A stretch of 64,000 bases of DNA, from positions 34,658,001 through 34,722,000 of the forward strand of contig CM059428.1 in NCBI GenBank assembly GCA_030390025.1, written 5' to 3'. This DNA is from Squalus acanthias. Taxonomy: Eukaryota. Position numbers and translations under genes: made by a program. The notes beneath the pieces were generated by a model, which was not told where the DNA came from, did not search any database, and saw only the letters and a list, made by a program, of their open reading frames with translations. Positions 20,330-32,754 of this stretch are shown here, piece after piece (the stretch's first letter is position 1; every line of letters begins with the position of its first letter).

Positions 20330-22768
20330 AGGAATGTTTGCAGCTGTCTTTACCAAGGAAGAAGATGCTGCCAAAGTCATAGTGAAAGAGGAGGTAGTTG
20401 AGATACTGGATGGGATAAAAATTGATAAAGAGGAGGTACTAGAAAGGCTGGCTGTACTTAAAGTAGATATGTCACCAGGACCGGATGGGATGCATCCTTG
20501 GATGCTGAGGGAAGTAAAAGGTGGAAATTGCAGAGGTACTGGCCATAATCTTCCAATCCTCCTTAGATACAGGGGTGGTGCCAGAGGACTGGAGAATTGC
20601 AAATGTTACACCCTTGTTCAAAAAAGGGTGTAAGGTTAAACCAAGCAACTACAGGCCAGTCAGTTTAACCTCAGTAGTGGGGAAGCTTTTAGAAACGATA
20701 ATCCAGGACAAAATTAACAGTCACTTGGACAAGTGTAGATGAATTAAGGAAAGCCAGCACGGATTTGTTAAAGGCAAATCGTGTTTAACTAACTTGATTG
20801 AGTTTTTAGATGAGATAACAGAAAGGGTTGATGAGGGCAATGCGGTTGATGTGATGTACATGGACTTCCAAAAGGCGTTTGATAAAGTGCCACATAATAG
20901 GCCTGCCAGCAAAGTTGAAGCCCATGGAATAAAAGGGACAGTGGCAGCATGGATACGAAATTGGCTAAGTGACAGGAAACATAAGAACATAAGAAATAGC
21001 AGGAGTAGGCCATTCGGCCCCTCGAGCCTGCTCCGTCATTTAATAAGATCACGGCTGATCTGATCTTGGCCTCAACTCCACTTTCTCGCCCGCTCCCCAT
21101 AATCCTTGACTCCCCTGTAGCTCAAATATATGTCTATCTCCGCCTTGAATATATTCAATGACTCTGCAGCTTTCTGGGGTAAAGAATTCCAAAGATTCAC
21201 GACCCTTTGAGAGAAGAAATTCCTCCTCATCTCCGTTTTAAATGGGCGACCCCTTATCCTGAAACTATGCCCCCTAGTTCTAGATTCCCCCATGAGGGGA
21301 AACATCCTCCCTGCAACTACCCTGTCAAGCCCCCTCAGAATCTTGTGTGTTTCAATAAGATCACCTCTCATTCTTCTAAACTCCAATAAATATAGGCCCA
21401 ATCTGCTCAACCCTTTCATCTCAGGAATTAATCTAGTGAACCTTCTCTGAACTGCCTCCAATGCAAGTATATCCCTCCTTAAATAAGGAAACCAAAACTG
21501 CACGCAGTACTCCAGGTGTGGTCTCACCAGCGCCCTGTACAATTGTAGCAAGACTTCCCTACTTTTATACTCCATCCCCCTTGCAATAGAGGCCAACATT
21601 CCATTTGCCTTCCTAATTACTTGCTGCACCTGCATGCTAACTTTTTGTGTTTCATGTACGAGGACCCCCAGATCCCTCTGTACCGCAGCATTTTGTAATC
21701 TCTCTCCATTTAAATAATGAGTAGTGGTGAATGGTTGTTTATCAGACTGGAGGAAGGTACACAGTGGTGTTCCCCAGGGGTTGGTACTAGGACCACTGCT
21801 TTTCTTGACATATATTAATGACTTAGACTTGGGTGTACAGGGCACAATTTCAAAATTTGCAAATAACACAAAACTTGGAAGTATAGTGAACACTGAGGAA
21901 GATAGTGATAGACTTCAAGAGGACATACAGGCTGGTGAAATGGGCGGACATGTGGCAGATGAAATTTAATGCAGAAAAGTGCGAAGTGATACATTTTGTT
22001 AGGAAGAACGAGGAGAGGCAATATAAATTAAGGGTACAATTCTAAAGGGGGTGCAGGAACAGAAAGACCTGGGGGTATATGTGCACAAATCGTTGAAGGT
22101 GGCAGGGCAGGTTGAGAAAGTGGCTAAAGAAGCTTACGGGATTCTGGGCTTCATAAATAGAGGTATAGAGTACAAAAGCAAGGAAGTTATGATGAACCTT
22201 TATAAAACACTGGTTTGGCCTCAGCTGGAGTATTGTGTCCAATTCTGGGCACCGCACTTTAGGAAGGATGTGAAGGCCTTAGAGAGGGTGCAGAAAAGAT
22301 TTACAAGAATGGTTCCAGGGACGAGGGACTTCAGTTACATGGATAGACTAGAGAAGTTGGGGTTGTTCTCCTTAGAGAAGGTTGAGAGGAGATTTGATAG
22401 AGGTGTTCAAAATCATGAGGGGTCTGGACAGAGTAGATAGAGAGAAACTGTTGCCATTGGCGGAAGGGTCGAGAACCGAGGACACAGATTTAAGGTGACT
22501 GGCAGAAGAACCAAAGGCGACATGAGGAAAAACATTTTTACACAGCGAGTGGTTAGGATCTGGAATGCACTGCCTGAAAGGGTGGTGGAATCAGATTCAA
22601 TCGTGGCTTTCAAAAGAGAATTGGATAAGTACCTGAAGGAAAAAAATTTGCAGGGCTATGGGAAAGGGCGGGGGAGTGGGACCAGCTGAAGTGCTCTGGC
22701 AGAGAGCCGGCACAGGCTCGACGGGCCGAATGGCCTCCTTCTGTGCTGTAACCATTCTATGATTCTGT
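20330..22768 (+). mobile_element. CR1 LINE RT and 3' UTR, interrupted at 20982-21718
   Basis: SPGPDG, NYRPVSLTS, DFQKAFDKV up to WLSDRK; resumes at 21719 (VVNGC...GVPQG); ends in an ATTCTATGATTCT tail. Confidence 0.92.
20982..21718 (-). mobile_element. CR1 3' fragment of a second family, nested in opposite orientation
   Basis: TTCTTATG-type tail at 20982 and RT C-terminus YLNGERLQ...GERARKWS. Confidence 0.92.
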
Positions 22769-23358
22769 ATTAACAAAAGCTTACTAGAGCTATTCTACCT
22801 GGTACACCTGTACTCACACTCTCCTCCACCAACACAACTCTAATCATTCCAAGGGGAGAATTTTTTTTTTTTAAACTGAGATCTCATTTTAAAGAGACTT
22901 TTTTGGCACCAAATAGAAGTGGGCATCAATTATTGCTTACTCTACCCGGTAGTGGTAATTTTTGGATTTGGCACTGCCGACAGTAAGCCTCACCCACCAG
23001 TAACGAACATCGGAAATTTGGGCATGTGCTGCACAAGATTTTACAGCCGTTAATTGAAGCAGTCGGAAAACTAAGAGCAGCATATAACTGGATTGCCGTC
23101 ACGTGCTGCCAGTTTACAAGGACCCCCTTCCCCACAGGCACTGCCAAGTCGGAAAAGTACCTGAAACATTCCCTACATGAGCTATTGGCTATTCTGGTTT
23201 ATGTGGGGGCTTGGTGAAGGAGATTATCAGGTGAAACTCATACAAATGCTCACATGCAGGCTTTCTACCCTGCTCCCAATTATTCAAGAAGACAATATAA
23301 TCCCTTTAAAAGCCCCACAGGAGCAGGGATGTTTAACAGACACAAAGAAAGCGTTCAC

Positions 23359-23493
23359 CTTGAAACGTGCAAGATAAGGCTTGGCGACACAGGGTTTCCC
23401 ATTCCCGTTGGTTTGTGCGTTCTCCAGAAGGAAGGCAGTTTTCATTTCTACTCCGGAATTGCTGTCCCAAAGATAACCAGCATATTCTGCACT
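23359..23493 (-). CDS. EEPD1: EEPD1 coding exon (135 nt)
   Basis: Acceptor ttctcAG, donor AAG|GTGAAC. Encodes SAEYAGYLWDSNSGVEMKTAFLLENAQTNGNGKPCVAKPYLARFK; phase 0/0. Confidence 0.94.
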
Positions 23494-23663
23494 CTGAGAA
23501 GGAACAAAACAGTTCAAACACTGAGACATTCTCGCATCTCATCAGACAGATATCAGTTTAATCTAATTTTTTTCCACTCTACTCTGCTAGGGTGCAGTTC
23601 CACAGGCAGCCTCCATTGCCTCACCCAAGTGGCCCTTCTTCATTTGTGAGCCTAGAAGGAGTG

Positions 23664-23942
23664 AAAAAAAAAGTTGCATTTATGTAGCGCCTTTCACGAT
23701 CTCCGGCGTCTCAAAGCGCTTTACAGCCAATTAAGTACTTTTTCCAAGTGTAGTCACTGTTGTAATGTAGGAAATGCGGCAGCCAATTTGCAAGGTCCCA
23801 CAAACAGCAATGAAGTAATGACCACGAAATCTGTTTTAGTGAGGTTGGTTGAAGGATAAATATTGGCTTGAACTCCCCTGTTTTTCTTCAAATTAGTGCC
23901 ATGGGATCTTTTACATCCAACTGAGAGGGCAGATGGAGCCTC
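23664..23942 (-). mobile_element. Deu-domain SINE, 3' part
   Basis: Reverse-complement tail and GTGCCATGGGATCTTTTA core. Confidence 0.82.
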
Positions 23943-24029
23943 GTGTCAGCACCTGGGGGGGCGGGGGTGCTTCACAGTCAAGTGAGATCCTGCCCTTTAC
24001 CCAGTAACTCTACACATGAAGCACTTACT

Positions 24030-24185
24030 GTATAGCAATCAGGAGTGGAAACACTGGCAGATTTTTTTCTTTCTTTTCTCTCTGCCAAATGTCGCAACAT
24101 CTCCGCTATGGCCCTGTCCAAGGTCAGCTAACTCAGATCAGATCAGGGATTGAACCAGAACCTTCTGGGCTGTACTACCAAACAA
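24030..24185 (-). mobile_element. AmnSINE2-like tRNA-SINE fragment
   Basis: GGTCAGCTAACTCAG...GGGATTGAACCAG, shared with the copies at 34555, 52570 and 56945. Family name from memory. Confidence 0.55.
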
Positions 24186-24249
24186 GGCGGTTGAATTACC
24201 CACTTCTTTTTTGAAACATACAACCACCGGTGTACCATGGTTGTAGTAT

Positions 24250-24580
24250 ATACACCATCTACAAGATGCACTGCAGCAACTCGCGAAGGCTTCTTCGACA
24301 GCACCTTCCAAACCCGCGACTTCCACCACCTAGAAGGACAAGGGCAGCAGGCGCATGGGAACACCACCACCTCCAAGTCACACACCATCCTGACTTGGAC
24401 ATGTTCCTTCAGCGTCGCTGGATCAAATACCTGGAACTCCTTACCTAACACTGTGGGAGCACCTTCACAACACAAACTGCAGCAGTTCAAGAATAGCACG
24501 GCTCACTATCACCTTCTCAAGGGCAACGAGATGGGGAACAAATGCCGGCCTTGCTAGCAACATGCACATCCCGAGAATTA
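24250..24580 (+). mobile_element. LINE 3' end (CR1/L2 group)
   Basis: Homologous to 58515-58888 (+) and 36068-36328 (-); WNSLP coding remnant. Confidence 0.75.
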
Positions 24581-25605
24581 ACTTTTATAGTAAGACCTCT
24601 TAAAGATTTGCTTCTACTAATAGTTAAGTGGTGCCTAGGCTCGGATGTACTACTCCAGCATCCAGCACACTCCCATTATTCTCCATACGACAGACAAAGT
24701 TCTCGTAACTGGAACCAATCAGACACCGAGAGTTATGATTCACTGGCAGTGAAAGCACAGAAATGTTCCTGGCCAGAGTTACTGCAAGCATCATTAAATT
24801 ACAATAGTAACTGCCAAATGAAATAAGTTACCACCGCAGGGAACATGCCCTGAAATATGTATCACTGCACACTCCCTGCCGTGACCATCGTGAGACGGAG
24901 AAGCTATTCAAAACATTCATACAACATCCCACCAGCAGGAGTTGAGATCAACAGCACTGCGGCTTCCCTAAACATAACAAGACAAAACAGATCTCGGCCT
25001 AGCAAGCAGCAAGAACTTACTACCAAGCAGAAAGATTGAAAGCAGCTGCCATCCCCAGGCCTGTGCAGAGTTGGTTGGATTCCAACCAGGCAATGGTAGG
25101 GAAGACACAATTGGCTACTAGGCTTGGCTGTGAGGAGCCTGCCAATACTCAACTCTCCAGGTTCACATATGAAGGAAGGATGACCACTTAGCAAAGTAAG
25201 GTCAGTGCCTGTGGAACGATGACTTAGCAAGAGTCTAATCACACACACAAAAAAAGAGGTTGTCCATAATTTAATGAAAGTCAGCTCGACTGCTGTCTGG
25301 CAGGAAACATACAGCAAACACAATGACGGCATTAAGTATATTAAAAAATAAAAATCAGCCATTTCGTGCTGGCTTCTCCCAACTTTGGAGAGGATCCTGG
25401 AACTTACAAGTAGCTGCCAATCTGTAAAATAAAACTTCACTAGCAACAGCACAATCCCCTCTAATCGACCATATGATTCACCCATGATTCCTGTAATTGC
25501 CTTATTGAGGGGAGGGGAGAAAGCTGGAGGTAATGTTTTGTAAACAAAAATAGAGGAGCTGCTGGTATCCTTTCTTTGTAAATGATAAAATACTAGCCAA
25601 CCACT

Positions 25606-25737
25606 CATGGCTGTTTGTGAGACCTTGCCGCGTGTAAACTGACTGTTGCGTTGCCTACAATACAACAGTGGCTACATTTCAAAAAATACTTAATTGGCTG
25701 AAAAGCGCTTTGAGACGTCTGAAGATCGTGAAAGGTG
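25606..25737 (+). mobile_element. Deu-SINE 3' fragment
   Basis: GCTGTTTGTGAGACCTTGCC...AAAGCGCTTTGAGACGTC...GTGAAAGG. Confidence 0.75.
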
Positions 25738-26664
25738 ATCACAGTCGATCAGAGGAATCTTCTACCCCTTGATTTCGAATGTGATACCATGTAATGTACA
25801 ATGTATTATTGGACTGCTAAGGTGGAGCAAAGTGTCACTGGTGCACGTCCCTTTATGTCCAGGAGATCAGGCACCTCCTGAAGTCAATTACAGTATGACA
25901 CTGGTGCATCTGCCTAGATTACGAGTTCAGGTCTCTGAACCCACGACCTTATGACTCAGAGGCGCGAGTGCTACCACTGAGCCAAGGCTGACACCTAAAA
26001 TGCAGACACAAGAATTTATAATGGGGGGAAAAAAAGACAAAAAAGTGACATAGGGTTTCATGGACAGCAGACGTAAGATTTTTAAAATATATTATCAATA
26101 TAGGTAAATGTAAAATTAATGAATCTTTATAAGGTTACAGAGTTTTATTAAGACACCACTTAAAATTATCTGCTGTACAAAATGAATTAGGGAATCTATC
26201 TCCTACCCCAGTTAGTATCACCTCTTTCTAGATTAGCAGCAACAATAAACATGACACAATGGATTGTTTGCAGTGCCTGTGATTCAAGTATTGCATCTGT
26301 CGTTGTTTAAATGGGGGTCAGACTGCAGATAGGCAGAAACACAGTCTGCTCAATCTCTCGATCCACAAAATGTTAGCCCTGATGGGTCAGCAAGAGTGCT
26401 ACATTACTTCTACAAATTACATTTTTTTTTACAGGATGCCAGTGAGGCAACCTTTAACTTCCCAAACTTGTTGTCATGGTGAACAGCAGAATAGAGGCCA
26501 GGGACCTCCCATAGAGATGGGAAGGAGAAGTACTGGAAGGAGAGTGTCACCTTAGGTCACTCTCTTGCACTACAGTGATTGGTTAGTGACAATTTCAGAA
26601 GCCTGGGAGCAGATCTCCAAGTGTATTCTCACTGCTTGGAGGAAACATATTATAGTAAAGGTAA

Positions 26665-28437
26665 CCTGTGTGTTGAGATGGAAGACGTGGGTATGGTTCT
26701 TAATGAATACATTGTGTCTGTCTTCACAAAAGAGAGGAATGATGCAGACATTGTAGTTCAGGAGGAGAAGTGTGAAATATTAGATGAGATAAACATAGTG
26801 AGAAAGAAAAAGAAACAAAGACTTGCATTTATATTTTGCCTTTCATGACCACCGGACATCCCAAAAAGCTTTACAGCCAATCAGAGAGGAAGTATTAAGG
26901 GGTTTAGAATCTTTGAAAGTAGATAAATCACCAGGCCCGGATGAAATGTATCCCAGGCTGTTAAGAGAAGCAAGAAAGGAAATAGCGGAGGCTCTGACCA
27001 TCAATCCTCTCTGGCTACAGGTGTAGTGCCAGATGACTGGAGGACTACTAACGTTGTACCGTTGTTTAAAAAGGGAGAAAGAGATAGACCGAGTAATTAC
27101 AGGCCAGTCAACCTAATCTCAGTGGTGGGCAAATTATTGGAAAAAATTCTGAGGGACAGTATTAATTGTCATTTAGAAAGGCACGGATTAATCAAGGACA
27201 GTCAGCATGGATCTGTTAAGGGAAGGTCGTGTCTGACTAACTTGATTACATTTTTTGAGGAGGTAACAAGGAGGGTCGATGAGGGTAGTGCGTTTGATGT
27301 AGTCTACATGGATTTTAGCAAGGCTTTTGACAAGGTCCCACATGGGAGACTGGTCAGAAAAGTAAAAGCCCGTGGGATCCAAGGGAAAGTGGCAAGTTGG
27401 ATCCAAAATTGGCTCAGTGGCAGGAAGCAAAGGGTAATGGTCGACGGGTGCTTTTGTGACTGTAAGGCTGTTTCCAGTGGGATTCCGCAGGCTCAGTACT
27501 GGGCCTCTTGCTTTTTGTGGTATATATCAATGATTCAGACTTCAATGTAGGGGCATGATTAAGAAGTTTGCAGCTGATAGAAAAATTGGCCGTGTGGTTG
27601 ATCGTGAGGAAGAAAGCTGTAGACTGCAGGAAGATATCAATGGACTGGTCAGGTGGGCAGAAAAGTGGCAAATGGAATGCAATGCGGAAAAGTGTGAAGT
27701 AATGCTTTTGGGGAGGGCTAACAAGGCAAGAGAATACACAATAAATGGTAGGATACTGAGAAGTGTAGAGGAACAGAGGGACCTTGGAGTGCATGCCCAC
27801 AGATCCCTGAAGGTAGCAGGACAGGTAGATAAGGTAGAAGGCGGCTTACGGGGTACTTTCCTTTATTAGCCGAGGCATTGAATATAAGAGTAGGGAGGTT
27901 ATGCGCGAACTGTATAAAGCACTAGTTAAGCCACAGTTAGAGTACTGCGTACAGTTCTGATCACCACATTACAGGAAAGATGTGATTGCACTAGAGAGAG
28001 CACAGAACAGATTTACCAGGACTAGAGAATTTTAGCTTTTGAGGAAAGATTGCATAGGCTGGGGTTGTTTGCTTTGGAACAGAGGAGGTTGAGGGGAGAC
28101 TTGAGTTGTATAAAATTATGAGGGGCCTAGATAGAGTGGATAGGAAGGACCTATCAATTCTACCAATTGGTAGAAGGATTAGAGGGGAGTTGAGGAGAAC
28201 TTTTTTCACCCAGAGGGTGGTGGGGGGTCTGGCACTCACCGCCTCAAAGGGTGGTAGAGGCAGAAACCTTCATCTCATTTAAAAAGTACTTGGATATGTA
28301 CTTGAAGTGCCATAACCTGCAAGGCTGCGGACCAAGAGCTGGAAAGTGGGATTAGGCTGGATAGCTCTTTTTTGGCCGGCACAGACACGATGGGCTGAAT
28401 AGCCTCCTTCTGTGCCATAAATTTCTATGATTCTATG
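26665..28437 (+). mobile_element. Degraded CR1 RT and 3' UTR, with a SINE tail inserted at about 26803-26882 (-)
   Basis: DKSPGPD, NYRPVNLIS, DFSKAFDKV; ends in TTTCTATGATTCTATG. Confidence 0.92.
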
Positions 28438-28491
28438 TTTTAGTTTCTTAAGTGCCAGTATTGAACGATTGTGGGATCATACCCCACTGCA

Positions 28492-28816
28492 GGACTCGAG
28501 CACATAATCCAGGCTGAAATTTCAGTGCAGTACTGAGGGAGCGCTGCATTATTGGAGATGCCGTCTGTCAGATGAGATATTAAACCAAGAGCCTGCTTGC
28601 CCTCTACGGTGACTGTAAAATATCCCATGGTACTATGTGAAGAGCAGCACGGGGCCTGGGCAAAATTTATCCCTCAACCACCTTTGTGTGGGCAACTGAC
28701 AGTCACATTTGCTGACAAAAGAACAGCGACTACACTTCAAAAGTAATTAATTGGCTGTGAAGTGCTTTGGAATGCCCTGACGATGTAAAAGATGCTATAT
28801 AAATGCAAGTTCTTTA
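28492..28816 (+). mobile_element. Degenerate Deu-domain SINE
   Basis: CAGTGCAGTACTGAGGGAGCGCTGCA...ATCCCATGG...ATAAATGCAAGTTCTTT. Confidence 0.8.
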
Positions 28817-29385
28817 TATAAAGTACCACTATTTGGCAGTTTCTTCATGGTAGAACGGGAAGACTAATGATTTTTCCATTAATAGTGCAGAACTATGCCC
28901 TTTAATAGAAGGAACAGAAAAGAGGGGGGAAACCCCACCCCCCCGCCCCAAAAACAACCCATAGTGGATCATAGTCACCCATCATCTTTTGAGAGGTTTT
29001 TGCACAGAAAGAAACATATCCTATGATGTTGGTTACAAAGCTCCACTTCAGTTACAAAATGGTACCATGAGCCAATAAGATGAACATCAGTAGGGAGACT
29101 TGTTACAGCAGCACAGGCAGTGCCAACTAGAAGACTTGCAGTGATAGTTTAAGTCAGCTGCTGGCACAAACACACAAGAAATGACCTTTGATTTAGCCAA
29201 GACCTGATTTACTGGCGTAGCTAGATTATAGACTGAAAGCATTGCTATCTTGTCCCAAACGAGATCACCTGCTTCTCAATCCATTCAAAACTGCATGTTC
29301 TATATTTTAATTGAATATTATAAATTTTGAAGTGTCAATGGTTTATGTTTAAGCGAATATTGGCATTTGCTTGCAGTGAACGTAC

Positions 29386-29496
29386 CTTGTGCATCTGTAC
29401 AGACGGTTTCTCAGATACAATACACTTCCAACACCCTCTGGGACCTTTCCATTTACGAACATTCGGCAGCATCGGCTGATTCAATTCTACACAGAA
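29386..29496 (-). CDS. EEPD1: EEPD1 coding exon (111 nt)
   Basis: Acceptor ctttgcAG, donor AAG|GTACGT. Encodes FCVELNQPMLPNVRKWKGPRGCWKCIVSEKPSVQMHK; phase 0/0. Confidence 0.95.
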
Positions 29497-29880
29497 CTGC
29501 AAAGCAGAAAGTTTGATTGGATCAAAAAGTCTCTGGACAAAATTGTCAAAACTATGCAACATTTAACAGTTTTGAAAAATTGGTCAAATATAATATACTT
29601 TCTGATTTTATGTTAAAGTCCTCCAACTAATGCCACAGAACTTGCACAAAGCAGTTAATACTGCTCTGTGTTATATAAAGTAGTGGAGGTTGTTGCTGAA
29701 TGATTTGCATTTGCCCTAGATACTGACCTATAATCGCAGTACTCTTATAAAATGGATTGAACTAATAGCTGCTGGCTTTATATTGCCCATAAGCTGTTGT
29801 GCAAATTCAAATGATTTACCAGAGAAATGCTTTATTCAGCCCAAATAGAATTCATCAAATGGAATGTGTATACCCAATGT

Positions 29881-30358
29881 AAAAAGAAAAAAAGACTTGC
29901 ATTTATATCGTGCCTTTCATGACCTGAGAAGGCCCCAAAGTGCTTTACAGTCAATGAAGTACTTTTTTTTGTAGTGTAGTCACTGTTGTAATGTAGAAAA
30001 TGTGGAAGACAAATTGCACACAGCAAGTCCCATAAACAGCAAAGAGAAAATGGCCAGATAATGTTTTAGTGATGGTGGTTGGGGGATAAATATTGGCCAG
30101 GACACTGGGGAGAACTCCCCTGCTCTTCATTAAAACAGTGGCATGGGATCTTTTATGTCCACCTGAGGGGGCAGACGGGGCCTCGGGTTAACATCTCATC
30201 TGAAAGATGGCACCTTTCAGACCAAGTGCAGCACTCCTCCCTCAGTACTGCACCGGAGTGTCAGCTTAGATTTTATGCTCAAGTCTCTGGAGTGGGACTT
30301 GAACCCATGACCTCTGACTCAGAGGCGAGCGTGCTACCAACTGAGCCACAGCTGACAT
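29881..30358 (-). mobile_element. Full-length tRNA-derived Deu-domain SINE
   Basis: Pol III A box TGGCTCAGTTGG, B box GGTTCAAGTCC, Deu core, L2-like tail AAATGCAAGTCTTT. Confidence 0.9.
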
Positions 30359-30532
30359 CACTCTGAATCAAAGATTTCGATGTGAAGCAGCGGTCTCTCC
30401 CTGAAGGAGAACGCAGGACTTTAATCGGACTTAACCAAAACCACCAGCTCTGTTGTTTCCCTGTGTTTAGACCAAGTATGTTTTCAGGTCACATCCTGCA
30501 AAAAGTAGCCACGATGTAGCAGCTGAAACTAT

Positions 30533-31372
30533 GGGGGCGATTTTCCTAGCCCTGGGGAGGCGGGTATGGAGGCAGGACTGCCGGGAAAATGGTAGAATCT
30601 GGGAGCGGGTACCCATCCCGCCCCCAACCCGCCTCCGTGCCATCTTCCCAGGAGGCGGTTACCCGACCCGCGCAGGGACCCGTCTCCGAGGCAGGAAGGG
30701 GATTAGTGCCAATTAACTAACTGCCTGTTAACAGGTAGTTAACAGGCAGTTTTTTGGCTAATCCCTATTTTGAGCCCTAAAGTGTGGGCTTCCCGACGGC
30801 TCCGAACGTCGCCAGGGTCAGCGAGGCGAGCTATGGGTCTGCGGGGCCGAAACGTCCAGTGTGCAGGTGAGTGATGAGTGCAAGTGTGGAGAGGTAAGTG
30901 TGTGAGGTGAGCCTAAAAAGTGTTTTAATAAGATTACTTACCTTTGCTTCTTCCTCCAGGCTTCATCCCTTTAGGCTGCGGAGCTGCCTCATCTCACCGG
31001 CAGAGAAAGCAGGATGGCCGCTGCATTCTTAAATGCAGCAGCCTTCTGCTTTCTGCTCAGGAAAGCTTTCTAAGTGAATCTTGAGTACAAGGACTCACCA
31101 AAGAACAGAGATTGTCAGTGTTTGACAGCTTCACAGAGCTGTCAAATGATGACAATTCATCGGTCAAAAAATCTCGACAGATGAAGCGGCATACGCTGGC
31201 GTAATCTGTCACCGGCTTTCCCTTAATTGGCCGGCTAAGCCCGCTGGGCGGGCTTAACAAGGCCAATCAAGGGAAAATAGCGTGGGTTGGCCAGACGTCG
31301 ATGGAGGCGGGACTAAAACCCGACAAGCAGCTTTCCCACCTCCATCACGTCCCCATTGATAAAATCACCCCC
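30533..31372. mobile_element. CpG-rich PIF/Harbinger-like MITE, 840 bp
   Basis: TIR GGGGGCGATTTT / AAAATCACCCCC (11/12); flanks TAT and CAT. Internal perfect 14-bp hairpin at 30719-30751. Confidence 0.78.
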
Positions 31373-32754
31373 CATCAGTCAGGTCAGAACCTAAACCAGC
31401 ATGTGTTCACAATATAAAAGCGCTTACAGTTATACACAGATTGCCAATCTTACTCAAACAGACTAGATGATGACTAATGTTGAATATGAAAAAATTCATA
31501 CAGATGCAGCAATTAGAGATGCTCTTCCAAGGTTGAGGGTTAAGCTATGATTATACTAGAGGGAGCTCTATTCCACATCCAATCTGTACTGCAATTCCAC
31601 TGGGGGGAAAAAACATCTGTTCCCCAGCATCAACTTCTCTCATCTTTAACAGTACAAAAAAAATCAAAAAAGAGTTTAAAAGTACCTAGAATCGAGATAC
31701 AAACATTCTTAAAATATACATTAAATCTTTGGAGTTTTACAAAAACCCAGCATAAGCAAAATTTGTTGGGATGTGAAAGTGGAGTTATGGTCTTGATTCT
31801 GAAGTCCATGCATCTACCCAACCTATTAAAAATGCTTCTGGTTAGTTATGCTGTCAGGACTAGGCCTTAATCATGAAAATAAATGTGCTATGGCACCAGT
31901 AAAGCATCAATGTGTCTACATACACTCTGACCTCTGTGCAGTTTTAAATTTACATGTAGTGAATATACCAACAAATGTTAACTGCACGAGAAAAACACAC
32001 TCTGATTTTACGTGGCGAGATTTTATCGGCTCAGGACAATATAAACACAGAGAAACTTGCACTGCATTCAAATGGTTGAACGTGCTACAGATGCTCAATC
32101 TTCCGTGTGCACGCAAGTGACTTTAGAACTAGTGTTAGGCAGCTTCTAGATGAACTATAGACCATATAAACTTTTTGCAGCAGGAGCACAATGAAAATAC
32201 TTCAACTCAGAGTCCGTATACCTGCGACCCATGCACACCTCCCAGAGAAAACCCATTAAGAGTGTTTACATGCGCTTGAGCTCAGCATCGACACTTTCCC
32301 ATGTGCACATAAACCAAAATAACGGGGAACGATCTAATGCTGGCATTGTGTAAATGAGCCTTAACTGAACCCCAAGATCATCACTTCAATACAACAGTGC
32401 TTTGAAATTAAAATCAGTTCAGCTGCACAATTCACAAAAGTTATTGCACATTCTACATTTCCACATCTAACCAGTAGCGATCTTCCAAGGCTGTACTGTA
32501 GATTCAAATGGGTTTTTGGAACTTTTCAGCAAGCTGAACATTAACTGAAATAGACCACAGCTAACAAAGTACTTACTGAAGTAGCGCATGTTATAAAATG
32601 TATCCAAAATCTATCTTGGTGTAAATGCTGATAAACAAAGCCCACGGACCATTAAACAGCAATGTCTCCTTTCAAGATTAAATGAAAAGTTGAGTGTTGG
32701 ATTACATGATCTGGTATGAATACCGGTTGGATTTCTGCCAAACTAACTATAAAT

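Noticed and set aside
21072-21893. 273-aa minus-strand ORF as a novel fusion protein
   Set aside because: Chance read-through from the antisense of one CR1 into the sense RT tail of a nested CR1.
24904-25665. 253-aa minus-strand ORF in an EEPD1 intron
   Set aside because: Starts in the antisense of a SINE, has no recognisable domain, and is not needed for the EEPD1 frame.
30290-30358. Possible tRNA gene (A and B boxes); likewise at ~25930-25990, 40266 and 63690
   Set aside because: These are tRNA-derived SINE heads, continuous with the Deu core in the longer copies; no proper acceptor stem or terminator.
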